A stretch of 49,522 bases of DNA, counting the filler, from Sphacelaria rigidula (taxonomy: Eukaryota), in assembly GCA_964200075.2 (NCBI GenBank). It is 3 parts of 3 records of this genome, joined end to end, with 100 filler letters (N's around TTAATTAATTAA, not from the genome) between each part and the next. Parts side by side here need not be neighbours in the genome. Positions count along the whole stretch, not along the records: positions 16,544 to 32,983 come from CAXNAA020001358.1; positions 33,084 to 49,522 come from CAXNAA020001359.1; 1 more part is not named here. The stretch is one strand, 5' to 3'. The notes under the pieces were generated by a model that worked only from the letters and a program-made list of their open reading frames with translations, did not search any database and was not told the DNA's origin. Made by a program: the position numbers and the translations under genes. Of this stretch, positions 25,551 through 34,744 are shown one piece after another; the first letter of the stretch is position 1, and every line of letters begins with the position of its first letter.

Positions 25551-26514
25551 ACAGCGGTAGATGTTGTAGTCCCATTCCGCATCGCCCACGCCCGACAAGA
25601 GTGTCTATGACCAACCCCACTAAGACGTACTGTAAAAAGTAAATGTCCGCAAAGTACATTAGATTGGGCGGAAGAGCTCACACGCATGAAATATTCGACG
25701 AGAAAACCACCCCGCGCAATAATATGAAAAACAATAAACACGCGAACAACGACCCGCATGACAACAGTAATCGGTCGACTCTGAGATGCAACGGAATGCA
25801 CGAGCGTGCACAGGTAAGTCAGCAACAAGATCAGATAATCTGCTCGTCCATGACTAACGAAGACAACAGTAGTACACGCAGACACCACGCCAAAGCCACT
25901 TCGCACATCTCCGCAGACAGGAGACGTGTAGAAAAAGATCCGGCGGTCGGCAGTTACGTACAGGTAACCCTGAACGCCGGTGGATCAGACTATAACATAA
26001 CTCATGCTCCCCGTGAAATTCGAACCACACCCAGTGCAGAAGCAGATCCGGCGTTCGGCAGTTCCGAGGGAACTCTGGACAACGGCACGTCCATCTTGAC
26101 GAGCGGAAAGCGTGCACGAGTTCGAAACAGCACCTGGTGCACCTTAACGAAGCCGTTGACCAATAGTGACACACGGGTAGCCCCAGACAACGGCTCGTAC
26201 ACGTTGACGAGCGAGAATCCAGCAGAAAAATAGAAAAAGACAGTTAGGAGACCATCGGTAGGCGACATGTCGGGTTGGTGAGAAAACCACCTCCAGTTGG
26301 GACCACACGCCACCGAAACCCAACCGTACACACAGACCACGCAAGCAAAAACCTCGATCTCCGGTGGAAACAGTAACAGCAAGAACTATCGAATACACAC
26401 ATAGATCTAACAGAAACGAAATGCATCATCACAGACCTAGCTGCCACCTGCACGAGTCTCGTCCGACTCAACCACGGAATAATCGGGGACGTAGCAAAGG
26501 GGCTCGGCGGCACT

Positions 26515-27710
26515 TTGGTCTCACCGCCGATGAACCTGAGAGACATCCACGAGTATTTTGGAAACCAAAAACACTTCCCTCGGATACGAGAACTCCTGCA
26601 CATGATAGAGTACGGAGTCCTAATGAACACATCGTCCCGCGACCCCGATCCTCGAGGAGCGCTAGAATACGGTAATCACTGCAGTATCGAAGAACATATG
26701 CCCCAAGTCTGGGAGAAGTTGGTAAAGGATATACGAAGGAACAGATGCCTGGTGTTTGAAAAAAGGGCGGCGCTCGAAATAAGTGGTCTCAGAGTGGCCC
26801 CGCTTGGGCAGTAGTGACTAGCAATGTCAGGAATATCAACGATTTTACGTTTGACGCCAGCGTACGGAAGGGAGAGAGAGGCGGCCGCAAGCGGGACGCG
26901 ATTGTAGACGGCGTGCCGTAATGCCTATACGGAGAAGCACTTTCAAGCTATTGAATGAACTCTTGAAGTTACGCGTCAAGTTTCCAGATAGCAGAATCCT
27001 ACTATCAAAGGTAGACGTCTCGAATGCATTCAGAAATGTTAGGATCGCGCCCGAACAGGCGCAAAACTGCTGCTACATGGTAGACGATGCTATAGCAGCA
27101 GACTTTCGGCTCACGTTTGGATGGACGGGATCCCCCGGCTACTGGGGAGTCTTATCCCAGGCCACTGAACACGCACGCTGCAATACCACAATTGTCGACG
27201 CCGCAAAACTCGAAGAAGGTAGAGAGATGATGAAACACGTGACCATAGTCGAGCCGTGGGAAGAAGGGACGCCTACACAGGTCCTACCCGACGCTACTTT
27301 TCCCCCAGCAAACGGAGAGGGGACTACACGACCCCTTTTTCGTTAGCGTGTACGTGGATGATTACATCCTAGCAAGGGTACAGCACGGCGCGCAAGATAA
27401 ATCGGCGCTAGTCGCCTCAGCTTTGCTACTGTAGCCTCAGATCATATCAGACTGTTCGATGCCGGAGAGCCAGGCGAGATACCCATTCTCGCACCCCCAA
27501 AAAGTACAAACTGGGACACCATTGTAGACGCCTTGGGATTCACAATCGACACATACACCATGAGGATAGCGGTCACTCGAGAAGAGGTCGGACCTATTAA
27601 AGAATTACTGGAGCGGGACTGGCCCGCGGACAAGACACGCGCAACCGCGCAAGATGTACTCAGCATAGCTGGAAAACTCTGGAACCTCGCGTTTGTTGTA
27701 AGACCCTGAA
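26515..27710 (+). pseudogene. Reverse transcriptase (DIRS-type), disrupted
   Basis: YGNH, RVAPLG, SKVDVSNAFRNVRI, FRLTFGWTGSPGYW, YVDD at 27351-27362, LGFTID. Confidence 0.92.
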
Positions 27711-27758
27711 AATACTTCGTATGGTAACTCGTCTCACCGACCACACGTAGCTGCAAAA

Positions 27759-28337
27759 ATGGAACGTAAGGTGAGAAGGACAGTGAACCTTGGATGGGAG
27801 TTTCACGAGGATGTCGCTTTTTGGAAATGGGCTATCGCAGAGAACCTGGTGCAACGCGGTGAATCGCTCAGCGCCCCGTTCTTTGCCCACACCAAACACA
27901 CAGCATCTCGTGGATACATCTCCGACGCGAGCCTGGCAGCGGTAGGAGGATACTGCCCAGAGCTCGGGTTATTCTGGCGGTACTCTCTACCGCATGAGCT
28001 CATTTGCGAAGTGAAGAGAAAAACGAGAAACAGAGAGACCTGCGCGATCACGATCAATCTACTAGAGCTGTGTGGAATGTTCGTGACCGCCTGCGCTATC
28101 CAGATATTTAAGGGCGAAAGGCCAACAGAGAGAGGGGATCCAATACTGATGCGCGGCGACAACTCGTCGGCTGTACACTGGGTAAATAAATGCGGGGGCC
28201 AGAAAGACAGACGCGCCGCCCTCCTGATGAGAATGATGGGTCACATGGAAGTCGCAACCGGGTGGTGTACCATAGCAAAATACATACCCGGCGTCGAAAA
28301 CGAACTAGCAGACGGCATCTCGAGATGGCCGGAATAG
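27759..28337 (+). pseudogene. RNase H (DIRS-type)
   Basis: ISDASLAAVGG, TINLLEL, MRGDNSSAVHWVNK, YIPGVENELADGISRW (D-E-D-D catalytic set). Confidence 0.92.
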
Positions 28338-28549
28338 GAGGTTGCCGAGAGGGTAGCACGATTATCAGGGAGCCTCAACTGGAAGCAGCAAGATCTAGGA
28401 AATCGAGGGAGAGAGATGCTCGAAATGATCGTGCAAGAAAAAGCTCTGGAGCACAGCCTAGACGAACAGATCTGGAACATAATGTCCCGACAAGAAAACT
28501 GAACCCGCGCTGAACTCGTGATACCATTGTAGGACAAAAGGGAGGCTCC

Positions 28550-29602
28550 TCTAGAGATGAGAAGGGTGTTGCGAAGCTAGTAAACCTACTAGCCCACGCG
28601 TCAATTAACGCCAGCACAAGAAGTGGGTTTGACAAAAAGTTCGAAACGTGGTCCGAGTGGAGGGCTCGCCGAGAAAGGCCCGTATATATGTCAAGGACGG
28701 ACGGCGAGGCTAGCGCGGTAATCGATATCACTGAATTTATTGCGTGGCGGCTTTATACCCGCAAAAACGAGAGGGGACAGTGCAGGGGTACTTGTCAGCG
28801 ATAAGCTTTTACCGTGAGATGTATACCGGTTCGGAATTACCTACGAAATACTGTATGATAGCGGTCGTGCTCAAGGGAGTTGATCAAGCACACGGAAGAT
28901 CGGAAGTAACTCCCGGGGTCACTGACGCTATCGCTGTTGGTCGAAGGGAGAATGCCAGAGATAAATACGACACAGAGCCGAATTACATGGATAGGCCTAG
29001 CCCTATCGAATTTTCTTCTGTGTAGGGCTTCCGAAATCTGGGCATACAACGATGGTTCGGTACATTCAGACTTTTGCCTTCGGAGGGGAGACCTTACCTT
29101 CTTCAGAGGACACTTCCAACTGATCTGGTCAGACAGGTGCCTGGCTGATAGGGTCGAGGTGCGTTTTAGAGCCTGCAATTCGGACCAAAAACGCCTAGAA
29201 GCGGTGGTAAGTGGAACAAGAGTGGGGGGAAGTGCGTGGGGCACCGAAATATCTAAAGACATAGGGGCGCTAGAGCTCCCACTTAAGCTGCTTGACTACC
29301 ACTCAGAGTTGGGGGCAGAAGCTCCACTGATGCAGACCGTAGATAAGACCGGATGGGTAGCAGTCACTCGGGCGCACGCGACGAGCGCGCTGAGGCAAAT
29401 GATTTCCAGTACAGGGAGGGCCCCGACGCAGTACGCGCTGCACTCCGGTAGGATGGGTGGGGCGACACATCTAGCGGTGCGGGGGGCGTCGCAACTGCAG
29501 ATTCAGAGGGCGGGGAGGTGGAAATCGCTGGCCTTCATGACGTACGTAAGAGCGGGGGGCGAAGGAGCGAAATTCGTATCGCAGGCATTCGCTGGGGAGT
29601 AA
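28550..29602 (+). pseudogene. Tyrosine recombinase (phage-integrase family); N-terminal part frameshifted
   Basis: FLLCRASE (catalytic R), YALHSGRMGGAT (HxxR), AGRWKSLAFMTYVR (W and catalytic Y). Upstream TVQGYLSAISF is a core-binding-like segment. Confidence 0.92.
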
Positions 29603-29887
29603 GGTGCAAACAAAGAAAAAAGTGAAGAGTGAATGGAAGAAAAAGAAAAAAAAGAGGGAGTAGATCGGGCTGCGCAATAGCGTAAGAGTGACCAACCGCA
29701 AGGGCGGGCTAATATCAATTACCGTAGCCTCGGGTTAGCCCGATAGTTTCCCAGCTGCGAGGACGCGTTTTTCTCACACAGTTTTGTTTGTGATAGTTTT
29801 CTGTATTCTCTACATCCCAAATAATCCATAATTCTTAAGCCAAAAGCAAACACAGCAGGGCCCAGCAGCTACGCGCCAGGTTCTTAC

Positions 29888-29966
29888 CGTAGATCTTGAA
29901 CGGCAGCTCGCAGTCTCGCAACACCTCAGCCTGCTGCCTTTCGACAGGATCAGTATAGTTTAGCAC
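29888..29966 (-). CDS. Exon of probable JmjC/cupin-like protein (VLNYTDPVERQQAEVLRDCELPFKIY)
   Basis: Branch-like CACTAAT, acceptor ttccAG and donor TACG|GTAAGA. 79 nt, phase 0-1. Confidence 0.65.
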
Positions 29967-29971
29967 CTGGA

Positions 29972-31257
29972 ACAGATTTGCGTGAAGGATATTAGTGCAA
30001 TAAATCTCACCTGGGGGGTATATGATCTTGTACCGCGTTACAAGCGTGACGTAGGATTGCTGGAACCGATTCTCAGTGTGGGCTGTATTACTCGCGGCAT
30101 TTGAAGGCACAAGACATACGAGTCTGTATTTATGCTTTTCAAGTATGCATACTATTCTAGTTTTGCAAGAGCTTGAGATAAGTCTTGGTGCAACGTTCAT
30201 CCTCTAACATTTGTCATGCATATTCGCCGGTGTCCAACTGCACGATCAGTTGTTTGAGACCAACTGTTGAATCTCGGAAAGAACTTGGTTTAGCACAATA
30301 TGTACATACCGAGCTGGCGTCGGACAGAGTTGCGCTTTTGCTATCCATTGCTCACCCACCGTGGCGTGCTGAACGAAACCAAGCCCACAGTGTTGTGGAT
30401 AACCGAACCTCCTCGCCCCCCAGCTTCCTACTCTCCCTATATACAAACGTTTGCTCGTGTGAGTCACCCGTCCATTGTTCCGTGATTCGTTATCCATCCG
30501 CCGGGAACAATGGATACGACCGAGCCGATCAGGTTGCTATAGGAGAGTGGCATTACATAGCCAGACAAAGCAACGCGAAGAAAATGACAAGGTGGCCCAA
30601 GCACCATGACAGCCCAGGGCCGATCAGTCGAACAGTACGTGCGTGGGTCCTACACACGTCAACTATGATTGCAAATCCCACAGCATGTAGAGGTCGAAAC
30701 ATAGAACAACAAATGCCTCAGTACCGTGTTATCAGTCCAGTACCGTGCTCTACTGATTGACCTGTTCAGTGGAACACGCCCCGTGTACTGGCGTTTCAGT
30801 AGTAGTCTCGCAAAAAAAGAGCCCATAAGGGAAAAACTCATCATCTGAGCGAAGATCCCTCCGTATCACACACGTCATCCGACAGGTGATTTAGCAAAAT
30901 ATCACACCTATCCTCAATCAGAGACACACTACGAATATTTGATGAAGTAGGTGCGCCCCTTCTTTCAAACTTTACACCGAAATCCATTGTCGGAACCTCA
31001 TTCAAAACCTTGGTCACATGCGTAAGGATCCCTATCAGCATACCAAGACTTAACTCAAGCTCTTGCAAAACTAAAATAACATACATACTTGAGAACCAGA
31101 AACACACACTCGCAAGTCTTGTGTCTTCAAATGCTGCAAGTAAGACCGCACACACTGGGCATCGGTTCCAGTAACCCTACGTGACGCTTGTAACATAGTA
31201 CAAAATCGTACCACTCAGGTGGGGTTTATTTCCCTAGTATCCTTCACGTACATCTGC
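29972..31257. repeat. Diverged inverted repeat pair of ~220 bp (29972-30190 and 31040-31257)
   Basis: Blocks such as CAAGCGTGACGTAGG / CCTACGTGACGCTTG, TAGTTTTGCAAGAGCTTGAG / CTCAAGCTCTTGCAAAACTA and CGTGAAGGATA / TATCCTTCACG are collinear in inverted order. Confidence 0.8.
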
Positions 31258-31274
31258 AGCACGACGGTGCGTAT

Positions 31275-31485
31275 TGTACTGTGTGGCAGGACCGCGCACT
31301 TAGGAAACCGCGTCGTAATTCGAAACACCTCAGGATCGACGTTTTTCTAAACAAACAAGGCCGATCCCTGCAGGGACCACGCCCCTGATCCTAACCCCAA
31401 CACTAATCCTAACCCTAACCCTAACCAGAGGGATATTCGAATTCCGATGCGGTCATGTAAGCACGCGGTCCTATCACGCATTACA
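31275..31485. mobile_element. Ginger-like MITE (TGT..ACA) with an internal (CCCTAA)n-like tract
   Basis: Reverse-orientation homolog of 49113-49293. Right TIR TAAGCACGCGGTCCTATCACGCATTACA; left TIR degenerate. TSD is not clean (cgtat/cggat). Confidence 0.75.
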
Positions 31486-32462
31486 CGGATCATGAAGTAC
31501 ACATGCCCCCAAAATACCAATATTCGAAACGGAAAACAAGAGCACTCCGTCATCTAAGTATATGTACATGTATAATTTCACAATTTTCACCACTTTTGCC
31601 GAGTTTTCTCCGGCGGCAAGGCATTTTATCCCGCGCTTTCTTTTTCAGTGCACGAAGAAAGCGCAGCGATACATTACCGCTCTGGTTTAGGTGTCACGCA
31701 ATACCTTTGTCGCGTGTTCTGGCCATCAAAAGTCGCCCACACTGGCTCTTTTTCGCGGGGTGTCGATCCCGAACCACAAAGCCTTACCAAGATCGCGGAA
31801 AACTTCAAACAAGAACCACAAAAGCCCGCTCATGGTGGGGTATTTTTTCACCGTGATTTCTTTTCGTTCTCGGTGATTTGGGAGCACGAAGACAGCTGTT
31901 ATGCAGCGGATCTCACGAGAATATGAGAGAGCAAAGCAATTGAAAACAGCAGGACATTGCCCTGACTTAGTCAGCAGCAAACACAAGTCGAATAATCTGA
32001 GATCCCTTGTCATTTAGTTTTGACGTGAAGCCTCTGACACGGTCATATCTGCGTAATGGGTGCCCCAGTTACGCGAACATGACAATCCACAAAAGCATGG
32101 TGAAGAACATTGAAGAATGTGTAGATAGGTATTAGAGGAAGGGATCACAGTCACAGCTGCAGCAGGGGAAGTCGCTGATGGCCCGGTCTGCATTGATACA
32201 GTGGATACCCACGGTGCGTGGCATTTTATTTTTCCAACACCCTGCTGTCTGATGATAGCTAGATAGAGTGGGTACAGTCAGAGTTGAGTACGCAGGCTGC
32301 GACGGATCCTGCCAGCCTCATCATCAATCTTCGCCCAGTTATGGACGAACGCTCGAAGAAACCCAAGAAACAAGCATCGTTTATGGTCCGCTATATATAT
32401 GTGAGGGCTGGGAGCTAAACATGTCCGCTTCAAAAATCTCGACAGCCGAAGATTAAGCTCCT

Positions 32463-32597
32463 GTCGCGCGACCAGTGGGTAGTGCCACGGACCCTTGCCG
32501 GCGTACCTGGCACTGGGGGCGAAATCCCGGTGCAGACGGTCCCATCACTACCGGGACGGCCGTGCAAATAGGCCGGCAGCCGGAATGGCCGTCGCAC
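32463..32597 (+). ncRNA. Candidate structured RNA (multi-hairpin, pseudoknot, T-loop-like loops); family unassigned
   Basis: Several nested complementary segments read by eye (see findings). No expression or covariation evidence. Confidence 0.35.
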
Positions 32598-33083
32598 TAG
32601 TGTTCTTCTAGCGTTATCAACTTAGAGCACGGCCGCACGGGCTTTGCACGATAATATTTCGGCGATTGCCTCACTTCCACTTCGGCCATGTGCTGTGGAT
32701 TACTTCACGGTCGCGTCGCCCGATATGTATGGAAATGCATTACACCCTACACAAGATCTTCCTACAGCCAGTAAACAATCTAAAAGCATGTACTGTGCAC
32801 AGTATAGAAGCTATTGCCTTCTGCGATGTGCACAATACTCGTACAAAAGTGGGAACTGCGCGCAGTATGACTTCAAGACAGTGCAGAAATCTCCACGCGG
32901 TATGAATTGTTCAAGGGTCGGACAAATAATTATTCGTCTGGAAATTACTTGGTTTTAGTATGATGAGTCGACCCGTGACGAATNNNNNNNNNNNNNNNNN
33001 NNNNNNNNNNNNNNNNNNNNNNNNNNNTTAATTAATTAANNNNNNNNNNNNNNNNNNNNNNNNNNNNNNNNNNNNNNNNNNNN

Positions 33084-33119
33084 CGGTCCTCTAAGCACGC
33101 GGTCCTCTCACGCATTACA
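33084..33119. mobile_element. Terminal TIR of a third Ginger-like MITE copy (rest in the gap), abutting the Gypsy pol
   Basis: CGGTCCTCTAAGCACGCGGTCCTCTCACGCATTACA matches the TIR at 31485 and 49113. Confidence 0.8.
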
Positions 33120-33526
33120 GACGGTTCTGTTAACTGCGTCGATGAGCCTTACTTCGACGTAACCTCTTCGTCTCCATCACGTGTCCACACCGTGGACCCT
33201 GCACCGTCAACGTCCGATTCCCCTGCTGAAGTTCTGCAACGCTTATCACCAGAATCTCGGAAAAGTTTCTTGAACATGTGAAATCAACTTCCCTCCCATT
33301 TACGTGACATCAACTTTGACCTACATGGACCCGGTTGGGAACCCGCTGTAATAAAAAAAATGAATGATGTTTTATTGAAGTACCAAGACCGATTTTCTCG
33401 ACCCAAAACGGATCTGGGCCATTGTAAAACGCTGCCCTTTGAAATCACACTTCGACCTGGCGTTTCGCCAATCTCTTCTCGACCGTATGGGACGAACCCC
33501 GTCTTACTAAAAACGTTAACGCCTTT

Positions 33527-33969
33527 AACGCGGTATCTTACAAATTGGGGATGGATCTTTCATTGGGGATGAGAAACCCGGAGAATTAAAATCTTCATAT
33601 TCACACCAAATCTTCGGAATATGGTTCCATTTTTCACCTGCTGATAGCTATTGACAACTCCTACACACCATAGAAATTTGGATTTCGCTCACCGAAATTT
33701 TGGGATCCTAGGTGCAAAAACAATTTTGGGGAATTTCGGGTGTCCGAACGGACGCCAACATGGTTCCGAAACTTCTTTTTCCCCCAGGACCTCAAACTTT
33801 CGGTGATCGAAATCCAAATTTCCATGGCGTGTAGCAGTTGTCAATAGCTATCAGTAGGTGAAGAAATGGAACCATATCCCGAAGATATGGTGTGTATACG
33901 AAGATTTTAATTCTCCGGGTTTCTCATCCCCCATAAAAGATCCATCCCCAATTTGTAAGATCCCGTGTT
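33527..33969. mobile_element. Foldback element with ~185-bp TIRs and 4-bp TSD, inserted in the Gypsy pol
   Basis: AACGCGGTATCTTACAAATTGGGGATGGATC... / ...GATCCATCCCCAATTTGTAAGATCCCGTGTT, TSD CTTT. Excision restores KNVNAFQDAYLSAGLIQHS. Confidence 0.9.
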
Positions 33970-34257
33970 CTTTCAAGACGCGTACTTGAGTGCCGGACTA
34001 ATCCAACACTCCTCTATTCTGTGGGCCTCATCCCTAGTGGTAGTCCCCAAAAAATATGGAAATATGCGCATCACCGTGAATTATCAACGGCTAATCGCGT
34101 TACTGTGATGGGGAAGCTACCCATCCCTCGCATCGATGAAGTCTTCGACTCTCCAGGCGGAGGCAAAATATTCAGTACCTTCGACCTCACTCCTGGATTT
34201 TTCCAGAATGCCATCCACCCTGACACAATCCCACTGACAGCATTTTGTACATCGTCT

Positions 34258-34744
34258 AGTGAGAATCAGACCGCTGTCACGAGCGAGAGGCCGCTGCGTC
34301 GAGGGCTGCCAATCGGAAAATCCTGTCCTCTCATATCGGTTGTTGATTATGTCCTTAGTCGGTGGAGCTGCGGTACCCACTCGTGGTGTGTGTCTGTGTC
34401 TACTCTGCTGCCCTGAATCCCTTAGGTCTTTTGTTTTTTTCCGTCGTTTCATTATATTTTATTTTATTTGCTTTGGAGTTTCCTCTTGTTTTCCTTTTTT
34501 TTGTTTTTAGGCCGACCACTTCTTTCCGTGCTTTGCTTGTGTTGACTTTTTAGTACTTTTTTTGTCACGACTTAGTCTGCCTTGTCGTTCTGTTCGACCC
34601 CTCTTTCTTTCTTTTTCTTCTGTTTCCTGTTTTTTGCCTTAGGAGCGTGTTTCAGTTTAGTTTCTCTTGGGTACATCTATCATGAGACCACGGCTAGATC
34701 CCTGGGGGGTCAGTTAAAGTGCGACAATCAATCAATCAATCAAA
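34258..34744 (+). mobile_element. 5'-truncated non-LTR retrotransposon (LINE/SINE) 3' end inserted in the Gypsy RT
   Basis: T-rich 3'UTR-like body with a (CAAT)n tail, flanked by TCT. Removal restores LTAFCTSSGLYEWLRMPQG. Confidence 0.8.

Larger units (their letters stand above)
23394..29602 (+). mobile_element. Tyrosine-recombinase retrotransposon (DIRS order, Ngaro-like, no methyltransferase domain), decayed
   Basis: Ordered gag-like ORF, RT, DIRS-type RNase H and C-terminal YR, with frameshifts and stops throughout. Terminal repeats were not found, so limits are the coding limits. Confidence 0.92.

Noticed and set aside
32481-32543. Canonical HDV ribozyme or cobalamin/FMN riboswitch call
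   Set aside because: HDV P3 does not pair and +1 is A; the riboswitch core sequences are incomplete. Kept only as an unassigned candidate.
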